DNA from: the human T2T-CHM13v2.0 reference genome, Homo sapiens
Assembly: GCF_009914755.1 (NCBI RefSeq)
Contig: NC_060937.1
DNA: 64,000 nucleotides
Reading direction: 5' to 3' (one strand)
The notes beneath the pieces are model-generated. The model had not been told where the DNA came from, searched no databases, and was given only the letters and a program-made list of their open reading frames with translations. A program made the translations under genes and the position numbers. Shown one piece after another: positions 28,931 to 47,591 of this stretch; the first letter of the stretch is position 1; each line of letters opens with the position of its first letter.

Positions 28931-29304
28931 TCTTTACTGAAAACTGGAAATTGGGAAAGAAAGAATAACTAATGCATACACGATAATCCTTCAGAGCTCT
29001 TGGCTTATAGCATATGATCAATAACTACTTTTATAATGTATTACAAGTTTAAAAGACCATTAACTTGATTAATAAATTGATTTTTACTTCAGTCAGAAGG
29101 TGGTGTATTAAAATTTAGTCCTTTGAAGCAAGATACACCTGGGTTTAAATCCTAGCTTCACCTTTTTAAGGCCTCATCATGTCTCTGACTCTGCCCACTC
29201 CACTGGGTCCAGCTCCCCATCAGGAAACTCAAGCTGGGCTCAAATGACATTTTTCAGTGGGTGGACACGGGAGCTCGCATGGGAGAATCAGTAAACCACT
29301 GGAG

Positions 29305-29606
29305 GGCCGGGCGTGGCGGTTCACACCTGTAATCTCAGCACTTTGAGAGGCCAAGGCGTGCGGATCACCAGAGGTCAGGAGTTCGAGACCAGCCTGGCCA
29401 ACATTGTGAAACCCTGTGTCTACTAAAAATATAAAAATTAGTCAGGCGTGGCGGAGTGCTTATAGTCCAAGCAACTCAGAAGCTGAGGCAGGAAAATCAC
29501 TTGAGCCCAGGAGGCGGAGGTTGCACTGAGCCGAGATTGCAACACTTCACTCCAGCTTGGGCGACGGAGTGAGCTCCGTCTCAAAAAAGAAGGAAAGAAA
29601 GAAAAA
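29305..29606 (+). mobile_element. AluSx/Sz-type
   Basis: Full dimer with A/G-rich tail. Confidence 0.92.
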
Positions 29607-29608
29607 CC

Positions 29609-30017
<409 letters not shown>

Positions 30018-30825
30018 TCATCTGTAAAATGGGAATACCTAATTTGTAGGGGTTTTCTGAGGAATAAGTTAAATAACACATGGAAAGTGACTAACAAATA
30101 TGTATTTTGTCCTCTAAAGTCTCCTTCTTCTTTGTCGAAAGTTTGTTGGTACTGTTTTTTGTTGTTTATCCCAAATGACACCATTACAATGTTCTTATTG
30201 TTGCCAGCCAATCAAATCTGACCTCAATGTTTTGTATCTCACCCTTAAGAAAAATTCTAGAAGTTGTCAAATCATTTTAATACAAGTGTACTATATAAAG
30301 AGAATATTTGTAGGTAGTATGAATCATGTCTAAAATCAAACAAATTATTAGACCTGGAAGTTAAAGAGCCTGTAAATTGGTAACACTATTGTTATTGCTT
30401 GGATGTTTCTTGATATACACCTGCTATAAAACTCTTGATTTTGCCTGTCTTGCCAACCTAACAGTTTGTGCCTACCTGCTTAATAAAATTTCAGGGTTCT
30501 CACAGACAGGCTGGGTACAGATGGCTCAAAAGGATTCCTATGACAAATAGGCCTTTGAGATCCACAAACAAGACAATATACTTCTTAAAATTACAAGACT
30601 CCTTTGGTTATCTTACTCAGTAAATTACCTAAAATTTTTTAAAGGCATTTGAATATGCCTCATAAGAAAACAGAACTTTCAACAAAATATTTACCACAAC
30701 AGAGCTGGACTTTACTGTGAAAAAAATAAACTTGTATAAAATAATAGTAATCTTTTATTTTAAATGGTCTCTCTTGTTATTATCACAAGCCTGTTTAGGT
30801 CAATGACCTATTTAGCGTAAATGAT

Positions 30826-30828
<3 letters not shown>

Positions 30829-30858
<30 letters not shown>
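30829..30858. repeat. Perfect (GT)15 microsatellite
   Basis: Visible. Confidence 0.97.
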
Positions 30859-30863
<5 letters not shown>

Positions 30864-31079
30864 GAAACACTTGAATTGGTTCTTTCATGTTTTGAACAAC
30901 TAAAGAAAGAGTATAATTTTTAAAACAAGTCAATTTGAATATGATTTTTGGAATGTAATTTCTACTTCATAAAATTAACTAATAAAATGTAGCACTTTAA
31001 TGTGTAGACAATTCAAAATCAAACAGAGAAAAGCAATGAAAATCATACTTAGTCCTATAATTTGAACAGTTATTGGCTT

Positions 31080-32510
31080 ATTGTAGATCCAGAGTTACAT
31101 AAACGAATATCTCAATGCTGTAGAAGAAATCTTGGAACAATGCAATTTAGACAGAAGAATTAAGAAAGATTAGCTTGAAGATATGATGGAAAGAATCAGT
31201 AAAGAGGGCAGCATGATTGGATCTGTTTTGTGCATTGCACATGCATTCCTGCTTTAGAAAGGGCTTAATGGTTCTCACACAGAAACTTATAGGTATTGCT
31301 TAAAAGAATCATAGACTGGGACCAGAAGATAAGTAATGTAAATAAAATGTTATCTTACATAAAGCATAGCAACATTACCATTTAAGGCAAAAGGATTATA
31401 TGAAAAGAGACAGCAAGAAAATTTGCATGAATAAAATTCATGAAATTTATCCCTACGTTTTACTGCCAATTAGTTTCAGTAGTCAATTGGCAGTTAGAAA
31501 AAAAAATCATAGAAGTTTGAAGAAAACGAAAATCACATATTACAAAATTATACTGAAAGTAATGACACGATGCAGTTGACAAAAAAATTAAAAGCAAGAG
31601 GCCAATTGTAAACAAGACTAAAATCTGTTTAATTGTGGAAAAATGAAGAAAATTTAAAAGGCAGGTCAGGGATGCTCACCACACCAATAACACTCCAGGA
31701 GCCCAGTGATTATCACCATCAAGGTATTTTCAAACAGTGCACGGTAATGGAAAACATTGCAGGCAAGTCACAAACTGAGATCAAGCCTGTAAACAAATAG
31801 AAATATAACTTGAGGAAAATGTGTTAGAAAAAGATTTTAATTATTCAGAAATCTTTAGAGGTGTCTAATCAAACTTGGAAAAATTACAGTGTAAAGACAT
31901 TTGCCAAACAACATGGAATAACGAGGAACTTCTTGCAGAACTTCTTGTCTAGAGCGTCAACGTTGATAAAAACAATTATACTGTAAGGAAATTTGTGTTG
32001 CAATGCATTTATTTATTAAGAATTGTTAAAATAGGACACTAGCTATGTATTCAGAATTCTGTATCTCCATTTTAAAATCTTTTTGCTTTTTGGTATAATT
32101 AAAATCTAATGGTATTAAACATTAAATATGACCACACAAAGTACGAAAGAAGGAGCTAAGGAATGTAAGAAATGGGTTGCAGGCATAGAATCATACAGTC
32201 TGGTCCTGGTGGAAGAAAGGAATGAACACTAGGAGAGAAAACATAACAACACAGTTCAAAATGTGTTTTGAAATAGAATAAATTTCTTGGCGGAAACTAC
32301 TATGAGAAAATATGACTTCCCTTAAAACAGATTGCAAATTTAAGTGAAACCATCAAGATTAGGACAGGAAAGTAACATTGTCCAGTTTAAATTGCAAATA
32401 TGGGTCTATATTAATGTATAATTTGGAATGCAAGTAAAGATAATTTAGACTTTATAAAAAGGTGTTTTGAGCTCAGAATGGAAATTACAAATCTCGTCTG
32501 TATCAGAGAG
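31080..32510 (+). mobile_element. Highly decayed R4/Dong-clade non-LTR retrotransposon RT remnant (Mam_R4-like)
   Basis: Ordered, frameshifted peptide echoes: NKMLSYIKHSNI (31341), QKDY (31388), IITIK/GIFKQ (31709-31737), LIKLGKI (31865), NRTLA..FCISILKS/FGIIK (32030-32103), KVRK (32138), GGR (32208). Confidence 0.5.
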
Positions 32511-32531
32511 GAAAGAAGTCATTACTTTTCC

Positions 32532-33665
<1,134 letters not shown>

Positions 33666-34014
33666 AAAGAAGTCATTACTTTTCCATCTAGTTTCTTCTC
33701 TCATTCCTGCAGATATTTTAAAATAAACTTGGACTCTACTTGAAACCTGAATGAGCCAAATACCCTGTAGAGGAGGGGCACATTCTGCATTCTAATGTTT
33801 ATGCCCATTTGTTTCTTTCTCCTTATTTGTTTGTTTGCTGTCTCCTTGGTATACCACTGTCTACTGAATAGAAAAAAATAATTGAACTTAGTCCTCATGT
33901 TGTAAAAAGTCAGAACTTGAGGGAACTAGAAGGCAATAAAAGAAAGAATTTATCTAAAATTTAAAGAGTTAGTTTCTGTGCATGATAGGGAATCTGAGAG
34001 TAGTATCAAAAGAT

Positions 34015-34230
34015 CATCCATTCATTCAGGCAATTTAATTCAAGCAATATTTCTGGAATTTCTATTAAGTGCTAGGCACTAATGTAGGCATGGGAAACAT
34101 TTAGAACAGGCTAAACAGGAGCTCTGCTTTTATGAAGATTCCATTCCAAAGAGACAAACAAATGATACAAAGGAAATAAATAGGTAGGCAAAATATTTAG
34201 AATGGAAATACTTACTATGAGTAAAAGTGA
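34015..34230 (-). mobile_element. L2 3' end
   Basis: 'cattcattca...aagtgctaggcact...ctctgcttttatgaag'. Confidence 0.65.
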
Positions 34231-37200
34231 AATAGCTTGAGTCAAAACAAAGTAGGGTAATGTAAAAAACTCCAACATACTAAAAATTGTTCACTCCAGC
34301 CTACAAAGGACCTTGGCTCTCATAACTGTCCCTCCTATCCTTCTTGATAACTGCCCAATGAATGGCTGCTGAGCCACAGAATAATCCCTCTGTCTTAGAG
34401 AAACATCTTTAGACAATTATTTCCCTAACTAGTGGGACTTCAGCTGACCACTCATAGTAAAACTCTGTAAGAATCCTTCCCTAATTCATCAAGCTGAAAC
34501 ATTCATTTGAAGTTGTTCTCATGCTACAGTATTCCAAAGGATTATGATTAACAGTATCACACAAAATTCAATGAATTAATATAGTTCTAAAACTATTTCA
34601 ATAATTCAGTTGAAGTTAGAAAATGCGAAACAGAAGAAAAATCAGATGAGAAAACTGTACTAAAGTGATAGCTCTAAATCCAACTCTATAAGGATCTACA
34701 TTTAATAGTATCAAATAAATACCCTAATTAAAGGCACAGATTACCAGATTACCAAAAAGGTGAAATAGGCAACAGCAAAGCAAATGGTTATAAGGGCCAC
34801 TTTAAATAAAAAGTTGAAAATAGGTGTAAAAAATAAATATATACTTGTCAAATAGTAAATTTAAGAAGGATATAGTGACTACTTAAATATTAGCAAAAAT
34901 CATATTTCAAGATAAAAATTCTTGCTAGAGATAAAAAGGAACATTATATAAAGTTTAAGCCTTAATTCATAAGGGAGAGCTAATAATTATAAATGTGTAA
35001 GCAGAGCCTAAAAATACATGAGGCAAAAACTCGTAGAATAAACAATTTCATCATTATAATAGGATATCTTAACAATTCTTTCTGGGAAACCAGTGGAAGA
35101 ACTAGATAAAAAAATCAGGAAATACATAAATCATCTAAACCATACTCTTAAGCACTGTATGGAGCACTGCTCAATAAGTGCAGAATAATTATTTTCAAGT
35201 AAGTATGCATACATGGTTCATTCACCAAGTAAGCCATATAATGAATCTTAAAGCAAGTAATAATAAACTTAAAATTATTGGTATCATACAGAGTATATTC
35301 TCTGACTGCAATGGAGCTAAATTAGAAAACAATACAAATAAGGTATTTAAGAAGCTCCCACCCAAAAAAGTATGAAAATTTAACAACACACTTGTAAATA
35401 ATTCATGAGTTAAGAAAAATAAGTAACAAGGAAAGCAGAAAATAATGAAAACTAAATTAAAATAAAATAAAAATGTAAAGATTTGATAGCTGCATCTAAA
35501 TTTGTGCTCAGAGGAAAACCTTAGCTTGAAATGATAATATTGAAAAGGAAGAAAGGGCTGAACTTAGTAATCCAAGACATAATACCTTACATAGGTTTCT
35601 TAAAGTCCCAGAATCAAAATAAAGCCAAAGTAGACAGAACTAAAATATTTAATAGAAAAACTTAGTAGAATATAAAAAGATAAAAATCTAGAAAATGAAC
35701 AAGGCCAAGAATTTGAATTTAGAAAAAATCAATAAATCCCTATCTGGAATTATCAAGGGAAAATATAACAGAAGGTAGTTATATCAGTATTTAAAGATGG
35801 GTTACTATTACAGATCCTGAAAACTTGAAAACAGCAATAACAGAATAATGTGAATAAATATAGACCAAAAAAATTCACAACTTTGATGAAATGTATAGTT
35901 TTTCTGAGAAATAAAATGTCCTAACTGACAAAGATGAAACATATTGTCTGAATATTTCAATATCAATTGAAGAAATTGAATTCATTATCTTTCTGTATTA
36001 AAAGAAAAATTTTCTAGGACTTTATGGTTTTACAGGGAAATTCTAGTAAATATTCATAGTAAAAAATTCAATCTTACAACTCTTTCACAAGAAAGAATGG
36101 GTGTTTACTATTTTTATATAAAGTTGACATGAACCTAAAAACAAAACCCAAAAAGACATTGCAAAAAATAGCATACAGACTAACTTCCTACATAAACATA
36201 GTTATATTTCTTAACAAAATATTATCAAATTGAATATAAAATATATAAAAATGATAATGCATCCTGATTAAATAGAATTTGTTCTAGGAATGTAACATGG
36301 GTGTAATAGTCACAAATCAAATAATATAACCTAACCATATTCACAGAATCAAATGAAAAAACAGATGTTCATTTTCAAAGATGCAATAAAGAAGTTGACA
36401 AAGTTCAGTAACAATTTTGATACAGACTTTCAGACAACAAGATTTTTTCTTTCTGATTAAGAGCACTTACGGAAAACCTGCAGTTACGCTACTTCATGGT
36501 AAAATATCCTACGCTTTCCTCCTAAAGTTGAAAACAATGCAAGAATGGCTATTTTTATTCAGTATTCCACTAGTAGTCTTAGCTGTAGCAAAATAGGCAT
36601 GTAAAAGAAATAACTGACATAAGTAGCAGAAAAGAAGAAGTAAAATTGTTTCTTATCGACATGATAGCTTACCTATATAATCTTAAAGAACCTACAAGAC
36701 AGCTATTAGAATAAACAAATTTGGCAAGTTTTCAAAATACAAGTTTACTATAAAAATAATTTGTATTTTATATGCTAGCAGAAAAAAATGAAAAATGAAT
36801 TTTAAAATTCTGTCAAGTCTTGCCAAAAACATAAAATATTTCCAAATAAATTTTTACAAAGAAATGTGAGACATCTATTAGAAAACCTACAGAACCTTAC
36901 TGAAATCATTTTTAAAAGACCTAAATAATAAAGAGAAAGAGAGACTATGTTACTGGATTGTTTAGGTGTTAATTCTTCCTAATTTAATCTACATTCAACA
37001 GATTCCTAATAAAAAGCCCAGAAGGCTTTTCTTGCGTAATTCACAAATAGTATCTAATTTTGTAATTGTCAAATTACAATTTTGTATTGCCAGCTCACAA
37101 GAGTGGAATAAAGTAAATCATTCCTGCTCTCTTAACTCAATTTTGCAAATGACCTAAAATAGATGAAACATTTGGAAAATTAAGAAAGTTACAGGACTAA

Positions 37201-37382
37201 AAGTATTTTATTTCAAGACAATAAAAAGCTAGAGTAATCAAGACAATGTGATTTTAGTAAGATACATACATGTTTTAACATAGGTCCCTATGCAATTCAA
37301 AAGGAAAAATCTTTACAACAAATGCTATTAGAACTACTGGATATTCATAGGAAATAAAATAAATATGAACCCTAGACCATAG

Positions 37383-38177
37383 TGAAACAGGATAGTTCCC
37401 TTGACCCCTGTGTGGGACTTGCAAAGGAGTTGGCTTGTTTACTTAGCACACTGCTCTCAACCCCTTGCAGGAGGGGGAACATGCAGGTGAATGGGTGCAG
37501 AGGCTGGGAAAAGCATATCTGGGCCATTTGCAGGAGCAGTACTCTGTGAGGGCCCACAGCAGTGTCTAGGGGTTGCTCACAATCCCTGGAGTCCCAGAAG
37601 GCATGTGTTAGAAAGTGCTCTTTTAGCTTTGCCATCTATGGACAACTTAAATATTAAACAGCTCAGTGGAGGGTCAGTGTGATAGCCTCTTGAACCCACA
37701 CCTTGGTCCTTGTCCAGCATCCAGGAAGAATCAGGTCACTCGAATGAACTGAAGGGTGGCAAATGTGGAAAATTTTATTGAGTGGTGGAAATGGGTCTCA
37801 GTTGGATGGGGAACTGGAAAGGGGATAGAGTGGGAAGGTGGTCTTCCTCCAGAGTTTGGGCATCTCTGGCCAAACTCTTCTCTTAGGTCCCACTGTCAAG
37901 CGATCGCTCTAAAAGTCAAGCCGCTTCTCTCCAATGTCCGGCTGCTTCTTCTCTTTCCTTCTCTGACACTCTGTTGCTCCACCAGTGGGGCCTGGGGATT
38001 TTATGAGTACAAGATGGGGGATGGGTTGGGCCAGGTTGGTTTTGGAAAAGGCAACATCTGGGCAGGAAAACAGGATTACATGTTCTCACTTTGGGCCATG
38101 GGTCCAGGCTTAATGGTGTGACCCTCACCAGGACTGCCCTCTTTTACCCAATATTTCCCTGCCTCCTGTCCATGTTA
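37383..38177 (-). mobile_element. ERV1 solo LTR (LTR1/LTR27/LTR28 group)
   Basis: Minus-strand start 'ggacaggaggcagggaaatattgggta'. 4-bp TSD atag (37379-82, 38178-81). Confidence 0.85.
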
Positions 38178-38431
38178 ATAGTACACATAGTTTAAGAAAT
38201 TTATTATATATAAAAGCTAACAGTTTAAGAATACTGAAAAATCAAGAGAACATCTTTGCAACCTGAGATAAGCAAATACTTTAAAATAAATATTTGTCTT
38301 AAATGTCTATTTAAGCAAATATTTCTCTTAAAAATTAAAGTGCAGGAAGCACCACACATAAAAATTAATAGCTAGAAACTATTCAAAATTAAAGACTTTT
38401 TCTCTTCAAAAAATGTGATTAAAGAAATGAA

Positions 38432-38745
38432 TGCCAGGTGCTGTGTCTCATGTCTGTAACCCCAGTATTTTGGAAAGCCAAGGCTGGTGGATTACCTGAG
38501 GTCAGGAGTTCAATACCACCCTGGCCAACATAGTGAAATCCCATCTCTACTAAAAATACAAAAATTAGCCATGCATGATGGTGCATGCCGATAGTCCCAG
38601 CTACTAGGGAGGCTGAGGCAGAAGAATTGCTTGAACCTGGGAGGTGGAGGTTGCAGTCAGCTGAGATTGCACCACTGTACTCCAGGCTGGGTGACAGAGT
38701 GAGACTTCATCTCAAAAAAAAAAAAAAAAAAAAGAAAGAAAGAAA
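38432..38745 (+). mobile_element. AluSx-type
   Basis: Full dimer; TSD aaagaaatgaa. Confidence 0.92.
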
Positions 38746-39504
38746 AAAGAAATGAAAAGGTCAGCATAAAATGGTGGAAAACATTTACAATACAACACAA
38801 ATCTATCTGACAAAAGATTTGTATCTAAAATATATAAAATCATCAAAACATTTCATTCAATTTGAAGAAATCAGCCAAGGGCAAAGGCTAATATATTTTC
38901 AGAGATATATTAGGACACACTTACTAAAATAGCTAAAACAAACATTTTGATAATTTTAAGTGTCAGTGAGAATACGAGGAAACTGAAACTTACAATCACT
39001 TTGAAACACTAGAAGCTTATTCAAATTATAATATTCACTTACCTGGCCATTCTACTTCTAGGTATTTACCCAGGAGGAATGATGAAAATGTATGCCCATG
39101 CATAGATTTGTTCATGAATGTTCATACCAGCTTAATTTTCAAAACTGAAAAACCAATGTCTACACACTAGTATGTCCATACAGTAGAATACTACTCTGCA
39201 AAAACAAACAAACAAAAAAAAAAAAAACAAAAAAAACCCCAGAATGTTGTATGTCAGTGCACACAACAATATTTGTAAATCTCAAAATTCGTGTGTCTAG
39301 TGAAAGAAGAAAGACATAAAAGAATATGTATCATACTATAAGAGTGAATTAATATAAAATTCTATGGCGTTGGGGTGCAGTGGCTCACACCTGTAATCCC
39401 AACACTTTGGGAGGGCAAGGCAGATGGATCACTTGAGGTCAGCAGTTCGAGACCAGACTGGCCAACATGATGAAACCCAATCTCTATTAAAATTATGAAA
39501 ATTA

Positions 39505-42522
<3,018 letters not shown>

Positions 42523-42587
42523 GGAATATATTATATTATATATATAAGCTGGGTGTGATGATGCCTCCCTGTAATCCCAGCTACTCA

Positions 42588-42770
<183 letters not shown>

Positions 42771-43031
42771 CTAGTAGTTTATTCTTGCCAGGAGAGCAGA
42801 GATGCATGAACTGCAGACAAGCACAAGGAGACATTTGAGGGTAAGAGAAATGTTTTGTGTTTTGATTGTGGCTGTGGTTTCATAGTTGTATGAATCTATA
42901 TTCATAAAATTGATAACTTTAAATGGAGTCATTTTTTGTATGCAAATTTTACTAAAATAAAATTAATAAAAAATATGAGTTAGACAAATAGTGAAGTGAT
43001 ATGTCACTTGCACTAGGGAAGTGGATGTATG

Positions 43032-43073
43032 AAAGTAATGGCAAAAATCACAATTACTTTTGCACCTAGATAA
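43032..43073. mobile_element. MADE1 (Hsmar1 MITE) half
   Basis: 'aaagtaatggcaaaaatcacaattacttttgcacc' matches the MADE1 TIR. Confidence 0.85.
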
Positions 43074-44801
43074 TATAATATGTTTAGAAATGTACAGCTA
43101 TAAGAGAGAGTCAGCTTTGATAACTGTTCTATTGTATGGAGAACCTGTGCCAGCTCACACTAGTAGAAGTGAAGTAAATCCTTTTCAACCTTCTCACCTT
43201 TTTATTTTTCTACTCCTTACCTGATGAGTCAGAAGCTCACCTATTCACTTGGTGCAAATGGAGAAGGCCTGGCAGGTACTACAAAGAAGTTGGTAGTACC
43301 AGTTTTTCCCTATGCCTGCTTTTTGAAAGAATTGGGCAAAAGGTTTAACATTAAATGGGATTTGAATGTATTTTCTTACTACATTGAGTTGAAAATACTG
43401 ATTTTTGATCTACAACTATTTTTACATCTAAAATTGAAGAAAGACTTTTGCAATATCCTGTAATGTCCAGAAATGTCACAGGGACTGTCTAGTTCATTTT
43501 GAGCCAAGGAGGAATTTGTAGGGATTTGGATGGGCTGTAAAGAAAATGAATGTATTTGCTATTGATTCTCTTGAAATAGTTCTGTTTGTTTACTATTACT
43601 GTGACTAAACAGTTGTAAAAAACCAACAGAATGATAATAGGCTACTAGCTTTCAAAGATCTTTTGCAGATTATATAAATAAAACCCTCTCCCCAGTTAGC
43701 TAAAAAACAAAGCAGGAAATATATAATGAAGCAAAATCATGATAACTTTCACACTGTACCCGCTAAGCAATGACTTACTGATGCAATTTCAGTACGTGTA
43801 CAACTGTCAAACAAAATTTTTAGCAAAGACAATGAACTATAAAGTAGAGGATGAAGAAATTACAGATGAGAAAAGATGTGAAAAATCAAAGAGAGTATTT
43901 AGAGAGCAAGAGGCTTAGACTGTATTTGATTAATATAGGTGAATTTACCCTCTTTGTCCCCTCAACCTCCAATTTGCATATTTCTCTATTTCTATGCTAT
44001 CCCAGGTCTAAGAGCAAAATGCAGCACTGATAGACATGAGAAAGTAAAATATTCTAGTTCCATTCTAGCCTGGGTCTCGAACTAATTGAGGGATCTTGAA
44101 GAAATTGTTGAAGTTCAGTTTCTTTGGACCGTCTTTTGGACCAGGAAAACAATTCCACATTGATAGCCATATACACTAAGAACTATAGTCTAAATTTTAA
44201 GGAATCTGCACAATGGAATAGAGATACATGGCGAAGCTCTCTAGATGGGACCCCAGAAAACTGGTAGGAATAGGAAGTAGATATGTATCATTCAAATCCT
44301 ACCATCAAGAATTAAAATCTGAGAACTTTTTGAATTAAGCTCTAAAGTAAGCTTGCTAATTAAGGGTCTCCAAGGCTATGTATTGTTTTGTTTTGTCAGA
44401 CAGTTTTAGCAATTTGAATTGGAATGTCTATAGCTGGGGCACGTGCTGTCTAGTTAACCAGTTTCTACAACTTCCTTTTATCTTATTCCAAGCTGTTTCA
44501 GGTATTTTACGTATATGTCTACTGTCCGGAAGTCTGAAGCTTGAGACACTCGTCAACGTAAACTGTATGTACAAAGACTGGCACTCTCTTGCTTGCCACT
44601 ATACTTTAAGCATAATTCTAAGAATACAAGAAGCAGTCAACTCCTTCTTGGGAAGGTGACATTTTAAAAAATGGACTAGCTGCAGTTTAAAAAACACCCT
44701 GAAGCTACAGCTTCCACTGGAATTTGAGAGCTTCTCTAAATTTTACACCTGATAGCTTCTTCCAATTTTGTCTGCCTTATTTAGTTTAAGGAATTATTTC
44801 T

Positions 44802-45114
44802 GGCCTAGCACAGTGGCTCACGCCTGTAATCCCAGCATTTTGGGAGCCAAAGGCGGGCTGATCACTTGAGGTCAGGAGTTTGAGACCAGCTTGGCCAACA
44901 TAGCAAAACCTTATATCTACTAAAAATACAAAAATTAGCTGGGCGTGGTGTTGTGTACCTGTAGTCCCAGCTACTGAGGAGGCTGAGGCAGAAGGATTGC
45001 TTAAACCCAAAGGTTTCAGTGGGCTGAGATCATGCTGTGGCACTCCAGCCTGGGCAACAGAGCAAGCTTCTGTCTCAAAAAAAAACAAAAAAAAAAGAAA
45101 AGAAAAAAAAAACA
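44802..45114 (+). mobile_element. AluJb/Sz-type
   Basis: Dimer with a small right-arm deletion; TSD gaattatttct. Confidence 0.9.
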
Positions 45115-45120
45115 GAATTA

Positions 45121-45955
<835 letters not shown>

Positions 45956-45957
45956 AT

Positions 45958-45972
45958 TGGCACAGTGAGCAA
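45958..45972 (+). other. Retroviral primer-binding site, tRNA-Ser-like
   Basis: tggcacagtgagc directly after the LTR end equals TGGCGCAGCGAGC (complement of the tRNA-Ser 3' end) with two CpG decays. Confidence 0.6.
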
Positions 45973-46459
45973 CATGTCTTGGGAGACCCACTATCAGTGG
46001 AGTCCTATTGTCTTGCTTTGGTCTGTTCACTGACTCTGTTGCTGCTCTCCCGTATGCACCTTAAGCTGCTGCCTATTGACTAGCTTGAGGATTGAAGCTC
46101 ATTATAAAATATGTATTTAAGGAAAGGGTGATTATTCCCATTGTTTCTCTGTTTGACATTCCAAGTGGGCCTGTTTTTAAAACTGGAGAGAACAAATAGC
46201 GACTCACCCTGGATTATCCCAACTTTAATGCCATAGAATAGTCAATTAAGATCCCATATCCAATATTATTAAAATCACTGACTTTATCCAATAAGCAACT
46301 GAAAAGTAGTTTACAAGTATAGATTTGGCTAGTATGTTCTGTTCAAGACCAATTTGAACAGCCTCTCAGTCACAGCCTGACTTCACCTTTGAAGAAACAT
46401 GATATACATTTTCCCAGCTACCCTTTTGGATTCCTCAAAAGCTCTGCCATTGCACAAAA

Positions 46460-46515
46460 TGGCAGGCAAGATTTGGCAGGCAAGATTATGCAGGCAAGAT
46501 TTTGCAGACAAGATC
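46460..46515 (+). repeat. 14-bp tandem repeat x4
   Basis: tggcaggcaagatt, tggcaggcaagatt, atgcaggcaagatt, ttgcagacaagatc. Confidence 0.92.
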
Positions 46516-46567
46516 TTAGCCACATCTAACTTTTTTCAAGGGTACAATTCTGAGATCACACTGATGA

Positions 46568-47311
46568 TGAGATGAGAGAGTTCCCTGACCCCGTCGTGGG
46601 ACTTGTGACAGGGGTGTGACTTGTTTGCTCAGCTGCTGTATGCTTAAACCTCTTAAGGATGGGGAGCATGTAGATGGGCAGATGCAGAAGCTGGGGCAAG
46701 TACTTTTGGGCTCCAGCCCCATGGTAACATGTAGAGGTGTGTTACAATTAATGCTATTAGCAGCTGCCGTCCTCAGACAGCTAAGTGTTAAACTAGCTAG
46801 TGGAGAGTCAGGATGACAGCCTTTTACACACTGCCTTCTTGGTACCTGAGTCATTGTCTGGTGGCCAGGTAGAATCAGGTCACACAGACTTGAAGGTTGG
46901 CAAATTTGGTGATTTTATTAAGTGATGGAGGTGGCTTTTGGTGGGATGGATAGGCAACTGGAAAGGGGATGGAGTGGGAAGATGGTCTTCCTCAGGAGTT
47001 TGGCTGTCCCACTTCCAATCTCCTCTCCAACCATCTCCAGTCAAACTCCTCTCAACGTTCAGATGCTCCTTCTCTTGTCTCCTTCTCTGCCTCACCACTC
47101 TTCTGCTCGTGGAGACTGAGGTTTGGGGTTTATACAGGTACAGGATAGGGGAGTGGCATGCCAGAGGGGTCTTGGAAAAGGCAAAATTTGGGCATGATAA
47201 CAGGAATACCTGCTCCCATTTAGGGCCATGAGTTTCCAGGCCTGAAAGTGGGGACTTTGCCAGGGAAATACCCTGTCCTACCCAGTATTTCCCTGCCTCA
47301 TGTCAATATCA
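46568..47311 (-). mobile_element. ERV1 solo LTR (LTR1/LTR27/LTR28 group)
   Basis: TG...CA termini, homologous to 37383-38177. TSD atga/ataa. Confidence 0.85.
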
Positions 47312-47487
47312 ATAACATTCTCATCCAAGGAAATTCATTTTAAACTTACACAGTAGCTCAAAAAAATGGGATGGGATATTACCTTCCACATAGTACAAGA
47401 CCCTTTTACCTTAATTAAATTTGTGAAATTTACTTGGTAAGCTAAGAGCTTGCACTATTGATCCTTTCATCATCCACCATATTATTA

Positions 47488-47591
47488 CTAGAGTGGCAAA
47501 CCTTTTCAGACTCTCTTGGTGGCTATTTGATATCACCAATCCTAAGAGCAAAACCAAATTTTGAGCTGGGGATGAGAGGATGACCGCAACA
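47488..47591 (+). mobile_element. Probable 3' LTR fragment of the ERVL provirus
   Basis: 'aaaccttttcagactctcttggt...aaccaaattttgag...tgaccgcaaca' parallels the end of the 45121-45955 LTR. Confidence 0.5.

Larger units (their letters stand above)
46110..47460 (+). pseudogene. ERVL pol (reverse transcriptase) remnant, split by an ERV1 LTR
   Basis: Decayed translation IIPIVSLFDIPSGPVFKTGENK*RLTLDYPNFNA, IDLASMFCS, FTFEET*YTF. The HTD|DILIQG motif is rejoined across the insertion. Confidence 0.8.

Noticed and set aside
28555-29021. Cluster of five ORFs
   Set aside because: Translations of TA/CA/TG microsatellite (Y/I/H/T/C/V/M repeats).
46460-46515. Short direct repeats resembling a CRISPR array
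   Set aside because: Head-to-tail 14-mers with no spacers, in a eukaryotic context.
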